Below, piece by piece: positions 21,302-30,196 of a stretch of DNA of 64,000 bases (positions within the stretch are counted from its first letter, which is position 1; each line of letters begins with the position of its first letter). The DNA is from an uncultured Pelagibacteraceae bacterium (GTDB lineage Bacteria > Pseudomonadota > Alphaproteobacteria > Pelagibacterales > Pelagibacteraceae): NCBI GenBank assembly GCA_902540595.1, contig CACBNI010000005.1, positions 5,716-69,715 on the forward strand, in the 5' to 3' direction. Both the position numbers and the translations under genes were made by a program. Below the pieces are notes generated by a model. It worked only from the letters and a program-made list of their open reading frames with translations, was not told where the DNA came from and did not search any database.

Positions 21302-23287
21302 ATGGAACAATTATTAGCTGCACTTTTTCAACTCTTTGAGCCTACTCATTTAGCATTTCTATTTGCAGGTACTTTACTTGGTTTAATCGTTGGTATACTT
21401 CCAGGGATGGGTGGAACATCTGGTTTAGCTCTAGTTTTACCTTTTGTTTTTACAATGGAACCATCACATGCTCTTGCAATGATGATTGGAGTTCTGGCAC
21501 CAACGACGACTTCAGATACATTTCCTGCAGTACTAATGGGAGTACCTGGCACATCAGGTTCTCAAGCAACAGTAATGGATGGATTTCCGTTATCTAAAAA
21601 AGGTATGGCAGCAAGAGCGTTGAGCGCGGCTTTCAGTGCTTCATTGCTTGGAGGTGTCTTTGGAGCGTTAATATTATCAATATCAATTTATTACGCCATT
21701 CCAATAATAATGGCATTTGGATTTGGAGAACAATTTCTTTTAGTAGTCCTTGCTTTATTAATGGTTGGAGCTCTTACAGGTGACAATTTATTTAAAGGTA
21801 TTGCTTCTTGTTTTTTAGGATTAATTATTGGATCAATTGGAACTGCTCCAATTACTGGAGATCCAAGATATACATTTGATACATTATATCTTTTAGAGGG
21901 AGTACCTCTTGTTGTTGTCGGATTAGGATTGTTTGCAATTCCTGAAATTGTTGGACTTCTCGATGCTAAAGGCTCTATTGCTAAATCACTTAATACTAAA
22001 AAGGGTTGGTTCACAGGCTTGAAGGATGTAGTAAAAAATTGGTTTTTAGTTTTAAGATGCTCTACTCTTGGTTGTCTAGTTGGAGCCTTACCAGGTTTAG
22101 GAGGAACAGTCGTTGATTGGATTGCATATAGTCACTTAAAGCAAACAACAAAAGACACCTCTCAATTTGGTAAAGGTGATATTCGAGGAGTTATAGCACC
22201 TGAGTCTGCTAATAATGCAAAAGAGGGAGGTGCATTAATACCAACTTTGATTTTTGGAATACCAGGCTCTGGTAACAAAGTTTTATTACTTGGAGGCTTT
22301 GTATTGATTGGAATTGAACCTGGTTTAGATATGGTAACGACAAACCTAGATCTTACTTATCTAATGATTTGGTCTTTAGCTATTGCAAATATCTTGGGTG
22401 CTGGAATTTGTATGGGCTTTTCATCTCAAATTTCAAAATTTACTTTAGTTCCATATTACATACTTGCACCCGTCATGGTTTGTTTAATTTTTTTTGCAAC
22501 ATTTAACTTTAATAGAGACTGGTATGATTTTATTGGATTAATGTCTTTTGGTTTAATTGGTATTACCTTTAAAAATTTTGGCTGGTCTAGACCAGCTCTT
22601 TTAATAGGTTTCTTTTTATCAACTAAAGTTGAACTATTAAGTTACCAAACTCAAGCTGTTTATGGATTAAGTTTTTTAACTCGTCCAGTTTCAATAATTT
22701 TAATCATTTTATGTCTTGCTACAATTGTTCTATTGACGAAACAGAAATTTGACAAATATTATAGATCTGATTTTGTTAAAGGAAAGCTTACACAAATTTA
22801 TTATAATATTATATTGTTATGTCTTCCTTTATCAATGATATGGTTTACGATCAATTTAGACTATAGAGCTAACTTGTTTCCAATAAGCCTCAGTCTAATA
22901 GCTTTTTTTCTATTAACATTTATACTTATAATAAAAATTGCAGATTTAAAAAATTTATCATTTTTAAATTACAACATAATTAAATTTGCTCGATCAAATA
23001 TTTTTGAAATTGGTGGTAATTTCAAAATTCAAATTTATTATTATTTAAGCTTTATTGGTTTTCTATTAATGAATTTTATTTTTGGTTTTCCTATTGCTAC
23101 AGCACTTTTTATAAATATATTTATACTTTTTCATAATAAGAAATCTTATGTTTCATCAATTTGCATTTCTGCAGCATTGATGGTAATACTCTGGGCGTTA
23201 TCTTCACTGCTGACTTTACAGTTTCCAAACGGGTTGATTGGATTGTTTATCGATTTACCTTGGTGGCTGGGTGGACAATTGAATTAA
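21302..23287 (+). CDS. TTT permease TctA with C-terminal TctB-like extension
   Basis: G.LPG.G, GVPGT, APESANNA, GIPG motifs; about 160 extra hydrophobic C-terminal residues ending L.FP.G. Confidence 0.85.
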   Translation: MEQLLAALFQLFEPTHLAFLFAGTLLGLIVGILPGMGGTSGLALVLPFVFTMEPSHALAMMIGVLAPTTTSDTFPAVLMGVPGTSGSQATVMDGFPLSKKGMAARALSAAFSASLLGGVFGALILSISIYYAIPIIMAFGFGEQFLLVVLALLMVGALTGDNLFKGIASCFLGLIIGSIGTAPITGDPRYTFDTLYLLEGVPLVVVGLGLFAIPEIVGLLDAKGSIAKSLNTKKGWFTGLKDVVKNWFLVLRCSTLGCLVGALPGLGGTVVDWIAYSHLKQTTKDTSQFGKGDIRGVIAPESANNAKEGGALIPTLIFGIPGSGNKVLLLGGFVLIGIEPGLDMVTTNLDLTYLMIWSLAIANILGAGICMGFSSQISKFTLVPYYILAPVMVCLIFFATFNFNRDWYDFIGLMSFGLIGITFKNFGWSRPALLIGFFLSTKVELLSYQTQAVYGLSFLTRPVSIILIILCLATIVLLTKQKFDKYYRSDFVKGKLTQIYYNIILLCLPLSMIWFTINLDYRANLFPISLSLIAFFLLTFILIIKIADLKNLSFLNYNIIKFARSNIFEIGGNFKIQIYYYLSFIGFLLMNFIFGFPIATALFINIFILFHNKKSYVSSICISAALMVILWALSSLLTLQFPNGLIGLFIDLPWWLGGQLN

Positions 23288-23300
23288 ATAAATTTTTATA

Positions 23301-24095
23301 ATGACTGAAATAACATTTCCAAAATTACCTTTTATAAAAAGAGAGGAAAAACCCCGTGAGATAGGTATAAATTACGTTAGAGCCCCTGTGATGGTAGGAA
23401 ATTGCATTGATGATTACCTAGAAGCGTATGCAAGCGTTGTCGATATCTTTAAGATTTCAGGAAAACAAGGTGCCATGATGAGCAAAAAGTCTCTTTTAAG
23501 ATTTATTGAAACTTGTAAAAAACATAATGTTCAAATTGCATTAGGAAATCCAATTATGGATGTTGCATTATCTGGTGGAAAAGAAGTTGTAGATGATTAT
23601 TTAAATACAGTTGCAAGTCTGGGCATAGATATAATCGAAATCTCAAGTATAGCTCGTTCCTTAGATGATGATGAAATGTGCAGATTAATTAAGAACGCAT
23701 CAAGCAAAGGTATAAAAGTTATTAATGAGGTTGGTGTTGCGTTTGCACACTCTAAAGTAATCGAGGAAGAAATATTTATAGAAAGAATTAAAATGCAAAC
23801 AAAAAAATTTCTCGAGGCAGGTTCATGGAAAATATTACTTGAATCTGAGGGCTTAACAGAAAATCTTGATAAGAAAAATTATAGGTGGAATATAATTGAC
23901 AAAATTATCAGTCCATTAGAATTAAATCAGTTTATGGTTGAAGCTGATGATCAAGATGTACTATCAAAATATATTGAAATTTATGGACCAGGTATAAATA
24001 TGATGATTGACCATAGTAGAGTTCTTAAAATGGAAGATGCAAGACTAGGCTATGGACCATCACAATCCCTATGGGGTAAAGTTGTAAAATATTAG
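23301..24095 (+). CDS. Phosphosulfolactate synthase (ComA) family protein
   Basis: REEKPREIG, DDYLEAY...VDIFK, GIDIIEISS, EVG, LEAGSWKILLESEG, E..RLG. Confidence 0.75.
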   Translation: MTEITFPKLPFIKREEKPREIGINYVRAPVMVGNCIDDYLEAYASVVDIFKISGKQGAMMSKKSLLRFIETCKKHNVQIALGNPIMDVALSGGKEVVDDYLNTVASLGIDIIEISSIARSLDDDEMCRLIKNASSKGIKVINEVGVAFAHSKVIEEEIFIERIKMQTKKFLEAGSWKILLESEGLTENLDKKNYRWNIIDKIISPLELNQFMVEADDQDVLSKYIEIYGPGINMMIDHSRVLKMEDARLGYGPSQSLWGKVVKY

Positions 24096-24108
24096 ATTTT
24101 AAATAAAT

Positions 24109-24212
24109 AAATTTTACTTATTCATCTTGTTCAATTATAAATATTAGCATAAACACTCATGAAATTCATTAATGCCCTCGTGGTGAAATTGGTAGACACA
24201 AAGGACTTAAAA
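24109..24212 (+). repeat. att-like direct repeat copy 1: 65-bp promoter region plus 5' 39 nt of tRNA-Leu(TAA)
   Basis: 104 bp identical to 33255-33358; 7 mismatches to 34988-35091; ends in the anticodon loop CTTAAAA. Confidence 0.97.
24174..24212 (+). pseudogene. tRNA-Leu(TAA) 5' half fragment
   Basis: Identical to 35053-35091; no 3' half follows. Confidence 0.95.
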
Positions 24213-24235
24213 AACATAGGGTAGAGTAAATTTAT

Positions 24236-24379
24236 AGTCTCACACAGTCTCATATAGTCTTAAATCCCAGTAAATTCTAAATTTTAAAAAAACTTTAATT
24301 ATTTTTATTGCAAAATATGAATAATAAATTCCACCAAACTAGAAACTAACTAGAAACTAAAGAGATGAAATAATATAGT
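24236..24379 (+). repeat. Left arm of cassette A: AGTCT x3 (10-bp period) and AACTAGAAACT x2
   Basis: AGTCT at 24236/24246/24256; tandem 11-mer at 24337-24358; colinear with 33382-33525. Confidence 0.9.
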
Positions 24380-24386
24380 TTTAATA

Positions 24387-25265
24387 ATGAAAAAAATTTT
24401 AGGTATCGTGGTTCTAAGTTTATTAATATGTGAAAACGTTTTTGCTGGCGTAGAGGAAGTTTTGAAAGAGATCAAAAAAAATAAAGATATAGTCCAGGGT
24501 TTTGATAAAGTTAAAGAATTTGATACTTGGAATGAATGGCGTGTTACCCCTAAAGCAATACTCAAATCAGATAAATCAAAAAGACAGCATATAGTCAAGA
24601 TTGTTAATAAATCTGATAATCATCCTGTTAGATTTGGAAAACAATCTTTAAGATTTGAAGTTAGAAATGGTGATGGCTGGGGTTGGGATGCCAGGAATGA
24701 TAGAGAAAGATCCGAACTACTAATTTGTTGTGTTAATAAAAAAACTACATGGACTGCTTGGTCACTATATTTGCCTAATGATTATGAAAAGATATTTCCT
24801 GCTAAGACTATGTTAGCACAATTCCATAATGATGCTGATAATCCACCTGCATTTGCTTTTGATAATCAATCTGAACGTCATGTAAATGAGGGAGGTGGTT
24901 ATTGGATTGCAGTAGATGAATATATAAATAAGAAATTTTTACTAAAAAAACTATTAGATCATTCAGAAACACTTGGCAGATGGAACGATATTTTAGTTAA
25001 TGCAAAATGGACACACAAGGAAAATGGTTTTTTTAAAATTTGGATTAATGGTAAACTTGCTTTTCACCACAAAGGTATGACGCAAGAAAAAGGAGAAAAT
25101 ATTGAATTTCATGTTGGTATTTACAGATCTTTTCTTTCAAGAACACCTGGGCCAGATAAAACTCAAATAGCTTATTATGATGAGATAAGACATGCAAAGA
25201 CTTGTAAAAAACTTAAAATCAATGATCTAGGATATTCTTGTAAAGATATAGAAAATCAAAATTAA
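24387..25265 (+). CDS. Secreted polysaccharide lyase-like (heparin lyase I/Polysacc_lyase-like) protein
   Basis: Signal peptide MKKILGIVVLSL; SLRFEVR.GD, ERSEL, LAQFH, G.W.D, WING, GIYR, YYDEIR. Confidence 0.72.
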   Translation: MKKILGIVVLSLLICENVFAGVEEVLKEIKKNKDIVQGFDKVKEFDTWNEWRVTPKAILKSDKSKRQHIVKIVNKSDNHPVRFGKQSLRFEVRNGDGWGWDARNDRERSELLICCVNKKTTWTAWSLYLPNDYEKIFPAKTMLAQFHNDADNPPAFAFDNQSERHVNEGGGYWIAVDEYINKKFLLKKLLDHSETLGRWNDILVNAKWTHKENGFFKIWINGKLAFHHKGMTQEKGENIEFHVGIYRSFLSRTPGPDKTQIAYYDEIRHAKTCKKLKINDLGYSCKDIENQN

Positions 25266-25266
25266 A

Positions 25267-26226
25267 ATGAAAAAATTTTTATTTTTATTATTTTTTATCT
25301 TTTTAAATTATTCATATGCAGATCCATTAGTGTGGAAAGAATTAGCTGGAGGTAAAAGTAGTGGTAATTCGCGTTTAATTAATTTACCTGAAAGTGTTCT
25401 TGATGGAAAACAATTGAGAATGAACCATTGGGATGCTTGCTGGCAGAAAGGTAAAGGACCTGATCACTGTTTGATAATCACAGATGAAATTTCAAGAGAA
25501 GATAATATCTCTATTAAATTTGAAAGTCATCCAGGTGATTGTGGGATATACAAGAAATCTAATGATAGCAAAAACAACTGGAACAATTGCTATGAGGGAG
25601 CACGACGAGTTTTTATTGGAACAAAGTATCGAGATTGGGGAAGTAAATGGCTTTCATTTTCCGTATTAATCCCTAAAAATTATATTCATTCAAATACGCC
25701 ACTTATATTCAATCAAATACATAGAAAAAGCAAAGGTGCACATTATAGAATGGGTATCTCACCTGAAGGAATTGTAAATGTAGAGTTAAGAAGTTTTCTT
25801 CACGACAATAAGTGCGTTAAAATTAGTAAAAAACTTCTAGGAAAAAATATTTGTAGAAAAATAAGTGAAAAATATCACGATCCACCTTTTTTTGATTTAA
25901 AACATTTTTCTAATCACTTGGGAAAGTGGATAGATGTAATAGTGCATACACCTAATAAGAAAAGTTTACTCATGTGGGTTAACGGAAAAAAAATTATAAA
26001 TATGGAAAATAAAATGCCAGGAAACTCATCATTCTCGTCAACAAATTTTGGTATTTATCAGCCAAGAGCAAATCAAATAAAGGCTAAAGGAAAAAAAGTG
26101 GGAACTAAATGGAATTATGAGGAAGCTTCAACAGTTCAAATTTTATATATAGATGAAATAAGATTTGCAGATCAATGCAATCAATTAAACTTAATAAATT
26201 TAGGTTATAATTGTAACAAACTTTAA
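25267..26226 (+). CDS. Second, divergent secreted polysaccharide lyase-like protein
   Basis: Signal peptide; SIKFE..PGD, FNQIH, GKWID, WVNG, FGIY, YIDEIR; C-terminal C..L....LGY.C shared with the upstream paralogue. Confidence 0.65.
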   Translation: MKKFLFLLFFIFLNYSYADPLVWKELAGGKSSGNSRLINLPESVLDGKQLRMNHWDACWQKGKGPDHCLIITDEISREDNISIKFESHPGDCGIYKKSNDSKNNWNNCYEGARRVFIGTKYRDWGSKWLSFSVLIPKNYIHSNTPLIFNQIHRKSKGAHYRMGISPEGIVNVELRSFLHDNKCVKISKKLLGKNICRKISEKYHDPPFFDLKHFSNHLGKWIDVIVHTPNKKSLLMWVNGKKIINMENKMPGNSSFSSTNFGIYQPRANQIKAKGKKVGTKWNYEEASTVQILYIDEIRFADQCNQLNLINLGYNCNKL

Positions 26227-26276
26227 CATTAGTTGATTTTAAACAATGTTAGAAAAAAATCAGGTATTAAATTAGC

Positions 26277-27491
26277 ATGAATATAAAATCTTATAAATTT
26301 TCTCTTTATGATTTTGCTAATTCTGCCTTTACAACAGTTATTATAACTTTTGTTTTCTCAAATTATTTTGCGGAGTCAATTGTTCAAGATATGGTTAATG
26401 GCCAGGCATATTGGGGTTGGGCCATTTCAGTATCAGGACTATGCATTGCATTAAGCGGACCCTTTTTAGGAAATTTAGCTGATAAGAAGAATTTAAACTC
26501 AATTATCTTAAAATCAAGCACCTATTTATGTATACTTTTTACAGCAGCATTATGGTTTGCAAAACCATCTTCTGAATATATTTTATTTACCTTAATCATA
26601 GTTTGTTTGGCAAACTATTTTTATGAACTAAGTTCTATTTTCTATAATTCATTATTAGTTCATTCAGCTGACAAACAACATGTGGGAAAGGTGTCTGGTT
26701 TTGCTTTTGCGCTGGGGTATTTAGGTGGCATTGTCACACTTATTTTGACTATTATTTTATTAATTCAATCAAATTATTTAGTCGATTTAGATCAAAAAAT
26801 TAATTATAGATCAACTGCCATTTTTGTAGCTCTTTGGTTCCTCATTTTTTCCTATCCATTATTAAATCAAACTAAATATAAAAAAGTTGAACCAAACAAA
26901 AAGAAATCAAATAGTTTAAAAAAGATTCTTTGGAATAACGGTCTAACTAATACAACTCGTTTTTTGTTTGCAAGGCTACTTTATGCTGATGGTTTAAATA
27001 CCATTTTTGTCATGGGAGGAATTTTTGCTGTTGGTGTATTTAAATTATCAATAAATGAACTTTTAATGATGTCTGTTTTAATGAATGTTGCTGCTTTAAT
27101 AGGTGCTAGTTTTGGTGGATACTTCAATGACAAATATAATTCAAAAAAAACAATTTCCTTTTCCTTGATATGCCTTATTTTTTTCTCCATTTTAATCATT
27201 TTTACACAGTCAAAAATTAATTTTTTTATTTTTTCATTTTTCTTGGGATTATTTATAGGACCAATACAATCTGCTAGTAGGGTCATGATAACTAAATTAA
27301 CAAAAATTGAGGATCAAAATAAAGCTTTTGGGTTATTTGCTACTTCTGGAAAGCTGACGTCTTTTTTTGGCCCATTTTTAGTAGGAACTATTACTTTTAT
27401 AACTGAAAATCAAAGGATAGGTTTTGCCTCAGTTCTCTTACTGCTTATTTCTGGATGGATCATATTGTATAGAACCAAAGGATTAAAATAA
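26277..27491 (+). CDS. MFS transporter (UMF1/Atg22-like)
   Basis: YDFANSAF, FYNSLL, SG.AFALGYLGG, ASR, FGLFA..GK; about 12 TM segments. Confidence 0.85.
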   Translation: MNIKSYKFSLYDFANSAFTTVIITFVFSNYFAESIVQDMVNGQAYWGWAISVSGLCIALSGPFLGNLADKKNLNSIILKSSTYLCILFTAALWFAKPSSEYILFTLIIVCLANYFYELSSIFYNSLLVHSADKQHVGKVSGFAFALGYLGGIVTLILTIILLIQSNYLVDLDQKINYRSTAIFVALWFLIFSYPLLNQTKYKKVEPNKKKSNSLKKILWNNGLTNTTRFLFARLLYADGLNTIFVMGGIFAVGVFKLSINELLMMSVLMNVAALIGASFGGYFNDKYNSKKTISFSLICLIFFSILIIFTQSKINFFIFSFFLGLFIGPIQSASRVMITKLTKIEDQNKAFGLFATSGKLTSFFGPFLVGTITFITENQRIGFASVLLLLISGWIILYRTKGLK

Positions 27492-27573
27492 TGTTTATAC
27501 ACAGAGGATTAATTGAATAAAAATTTACTTAATAAACCTTAAACAAAAGTTTGATGTTTGTTAGTTAATTTTA

Positions 27574-27990
27574 TTAACAACAACCTTTTTTTTCAGTATC
27601 TGATCTTGCGCCGGCTGTATTATAAATCTCAGCATCTTCCATTGTGTGATAAGCTTCCCAAGCAACTCCATTTGGATCATTTACCCAAGATTTTTCTGAT
27701 TTTGCATAACAACATGTTACCTCACCATCAGAGTAAGTAGATATATCAGCTTTATCTAAATTAGTTCTTATATCGTTTAGTTTCTCAACTTTATCAACCT
27801 GTATTCCTAGATGATCTACTCCTAAAGTTTTTACTCTAGTAGATATTGCAAAATTAATCTTAGGATCTTCTAAAATCCATTGAGCATAATCTTCTTTTAC
27901 TTTTGTTGGTTCAGATTTAAATAAATTTTTATAAAAATTTATGCTTTCGTTTAAGTTTTTAACTCCAAGATGTAAATGTAGTCTTTGCAT
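27574..27990 (-). CDS. ArsI/CadI-family VOC metalloenzyme
   Basis: RLHLHL.V..L..SI.FY, DHLGIQV, TCCYA.SEKSWVNDP.GVAWEAY, C-terminal CC. Confidence 0.85.
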   Translation of the reverse strand: MQRLHLHLGVKNLNESINFYKNLFKSEPTKVKEDYAQWILEDPKINFAISTRVKTLGVDHLGIQVDKVEKLNDIRTNLDKADISTYSDGEVTCCYAKSEKSWVNDPNGVAWEAYHTMEDAEIYNTAGARSDTEKKGCC

Positions 27991-28172
27991 ATTTTTAATT
28001 CTTTTAAAAATTACAATACATTAAATTTTATAAAATTAAATTACAAATTTATTACAAAGAGTATCTAATCCATAAAATAAATTACAAATAGAAAAGAATG
28101 AGACATTAAAAGCTATTTAATCCACACTAATTTAAGCAATTAGACTCATGTTTTAGGATTTGTTAATCTTAG

Positions 28173-28340
28173 ATGATGGATCAACTAATACCTGTAGTAT
28201 ATATGATAGGAGTTCTATTATTGGTTCTGCCTGCTTTTTTACAGTCTAATTCTAAATTAAAACAATTATTAACTAATTTTACTATTTGGATTATCATAGT
28301 GCTTATAATTTTAACTTTTATTTATTTATTTAAGGTTTAA
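28173..28340 (+). CDS. Small two-TM membrane protein, 55 aa (not in ORF track)
   Basis: Translated by hand: MMDQLIPVVYMIGVLLLVLPAFLQSNSKLKQLLTNFTIWIIIVLIILTFIYLFKV. Confidence 0.6.
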   Translation: MMDQLIPVVYMIGVLLLVLPAFLQSNSKLKQLLTNFTIWIIIVLIILTFIYLFKV

Positions 28341-28384
28341 TGAAGAAACTTTTAGGGATCGTAATTCTGGATTATAGGATTTAA
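28340..28384 (+). pseudogene. Signal-peptide stub MKKLLGIVILDYRI*
   Basis: ATGAAGAAACTTTTAGGGATCGT nearly identical to 37225; similar to the start of 24387. Confidence 0.7.
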
Positions 28385-28386
28385 TA

Positions 28387-28422
28387 GGATAACTAGTAAT
28401 AGACTAGTAAGTAGAGAGATAA
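28387..28422 (+). repeat. Orphan internal copy of cassette A right-arm motif
   Basis: 36 bp GGATAACTAGTAATAGACTAGTAAGTAGAGAGATAA identical to 33212-33247. Confidence 0.95.
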
Positions 28423-28428
28423 TAAATA

Positions 28429-29004
28429 TTAAGTTATACTTTTTTCATCTGGTTCAAGGCATAAACCTTGAGCCTCTGTAATTTTCTCAGGTAGATTATC
28501 AAGTTTCCAGTTATTGTCTGTTATATCAAAATAATCCTGAGGATCAAAGCCCGGTTTATTAACTAACTCAATACCAAAAAAATTATTATCCTCATACCAA
28601 GCCATCATTGCACTAATCATATCTTTTACACTTTTTAATCCTGGTGCTTGCATCATGACTATATTCATGTCTCGAAAAAGATTTTGCACTAAAACAACCT
28701 TAGCTGCATCATCAATTGGATGGCCATTTATTTTAATTGGGAGTGTTTTATCTTGAAGACTTTGAATATTTTTATGACTTTTCATTGTTGTGAAAGAAAA
28801 TAAAATTCCCATCCTTTCACAATCACCTTTGTTCATAAAAAACCTTAGTTTATCTCCATGAGTTACTTCACCATTTTTAGCAGTAACTACAAAAGTATCA
28901 AATTCCTCAACATACCATTGATCTTCATCTGCTTGAGCATGGTATGCAAATAAAATTAAAAAAAGAAATAAATGAACTGAAACAATAAGTAATAGCTGCC
29001 TCAT
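28429..29004 (-). CDS. Hypothetical secreted protein
   Basis: 191-aa ORF with a signal peptide ending AQA. Confidence 0.7.
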   Translation of the reverse strand: MRQLLLIVSVHLFLFLILFAYHAQADEDQWYVEEFDTFVVTAKNGEVTHGDKLRFFMNKGDCERMGILFSFTTMKSHKNIQSLQDKTLPIKINGHPIDDAAKVVLVQNLFRDMNIVMMQAPGLKSVKDMISAMMAWYEDNNFFGIELVNKPGFDPQDYFDITDNNWKLDNLPEKITEAQGLCLEPDEKSIT

Positions 29005-29186
29005 GATTTAAGCTCCACTTTGAAGCCATTATTCCTAAAGATTTTGATTATTTTTTCCCAGACTAAGCTGTTATGTGCACCTGGGCTTACTTCGAATTTG
29101 AATGTTTTTTTGTAGACGGGATCGCAGTTATCGTATGCAACGTAAGCACTGACATGACAGTACTTCATGACACGGTCTATTTCCAT
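29001..29186 (-). CDS. Small hypothetical protein
   Basis: 61-aa ORF with an ATGA overlap to the downstream gene; start uncertain. Confidence 0.4.
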   Translation of the reverse strand: MEIDRVMKYCHVSAYVAYDNCDPVYKKTFKFEVSPGAHNSLVWEKIIKIFRNNGFKVELKS

Positions 29187-29408
29187 ATATTGGAACTCCT
29201 ATTGTTGGTTGAGGTTTTGTGGGTTAACAATTTATAGTTAGTAATGGTTCCACTCCTTTTCCTATCAAATGGTTTACGAAACAAGGATGACAATGAAAGG
29301 AACCGTAAACGTGAGAAAAGGAATGAAATCCAATGCATAATTTTAATTAATATTTTCATTTGGTGAAAAGAAGTTAAAAAAAAGTTATAAATGTGGTCTA
29401 TAAAAATT

Positions 29409-29684
29409 ATGAAAATTACTTTAAAATTTTTATTTTTACTTTTCTTTCTTTCCTCGTGTGTGAGTGGTAATTGGCAACATCAAAGTGGAAATAACACAAA
29501 TCTTTCACTAGATAAAAATTTTTGTAATAGTTTTGCAGATTCAAGGTTTCCTACCTATCTTTGTAAAAATCCTTTAATGTGTGCACCTGACGAAACCAGC
29601 AAAGTAATATCAAGTATAGCTGAAAATAGTGCAGCCTACAGAAATTGCATGTATGGAAAAGGATATAATTTGCAGGATAATTAA
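29409..29684 (+). CDS. Small Cys-rich lipoprotein
   Basis: MK + hydrophobic stretch + LSSC lipobox; YRNCMYGKGY C-terminus. Confidence 0.7.
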   Translation: MKITLKFLFLLFFLSSCVSGNWQHQSGNNTNLSLDKNFCNSFADSRFPTYLCKNPLMCAPDETSKVISSIAENSAAYRNCMYGKGYNLQDN

Positions 29685-29734
29685 GGAAAAAAAATTTAAT
29701 TTTACACTCAAATCTGACTGTGATTAGATTACAA

Positions 29735-30196
29735 ATGTCAGAAATAAACCTCTGGGACAAGTATCGAAATGAAAGCAAGCAAACTATTTGTATAATTGGT
29801 GTATTAATTCTCTCATCTAAGCTTTGTGTAGCTGACGGACATTTTTCTTTAGATGAAGAAGAGGAAATTTTGAAAATTATTCCACACGAACCTCAGCAAA
29901 AAAGAATATTAATGAGAATTTTAGAGGAAGGCGCAAAAGATCTAAATCCGATTTCTTTTCATGCTCAAAAAATAAAAAATTTAATTGGTAATGATCAGCC
30001 AGATTTTTTAGAATTTATAGTAGCTGTTCTATATAGATTAGCTCACAGCGACCATGTTTATCACGACGAAGAAGATATGGCCATAAGAGAGGTTGCAAAA
30101 ATATTTGGAATTACAAAAACTAATTGGCAATTTACTAAAGAAACTTTCTTCAAATTTTTTAAATACAAGTTTTTAAATACGAGACAAAATGCCTAA
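29735..30196 (+). CDS. TerB/DjlA-N-like domain protein
   Basis: ADGHFSLDEE and LAHSDHVYHDEE..AIREVAKIFGI, the paired TerB-like motifs. Confidence 0.75.
   Translation: MSEINLWDKYRNESKQTICIIGVLILSSKLCVADGHFSLDEEEEILKIIPHEPQQKRILMRILEEGAKDLNPISFHAQKIKNLIGNDQPDFLEFIVAVLYRLAHSDHVYHDEEDMAIREVAKIFGITKTNWQFTKETFFKFFKYKFLNTRQNA

Noticed and set aside
19167-24095. Coenzyme M biosynthesis
   Set aside because: Only divergent ComA-like genes are present; no downstream CoM pathway or CoM-dependent enzymes in the window
15858-24108. Metabolic block as a third tRNA-Leu cassette
   Set aside because: No right-arm motif precedes repeat copy 1 and no tRNA fragment or left arm was seen near 15.86 kb; it may be accessory, but its boundaries are unsupported
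29177-29359. 60-aa minus-strand ORF
   Set aside because: No recognisable features and plausibly the divergent intergenic region; insufficient support
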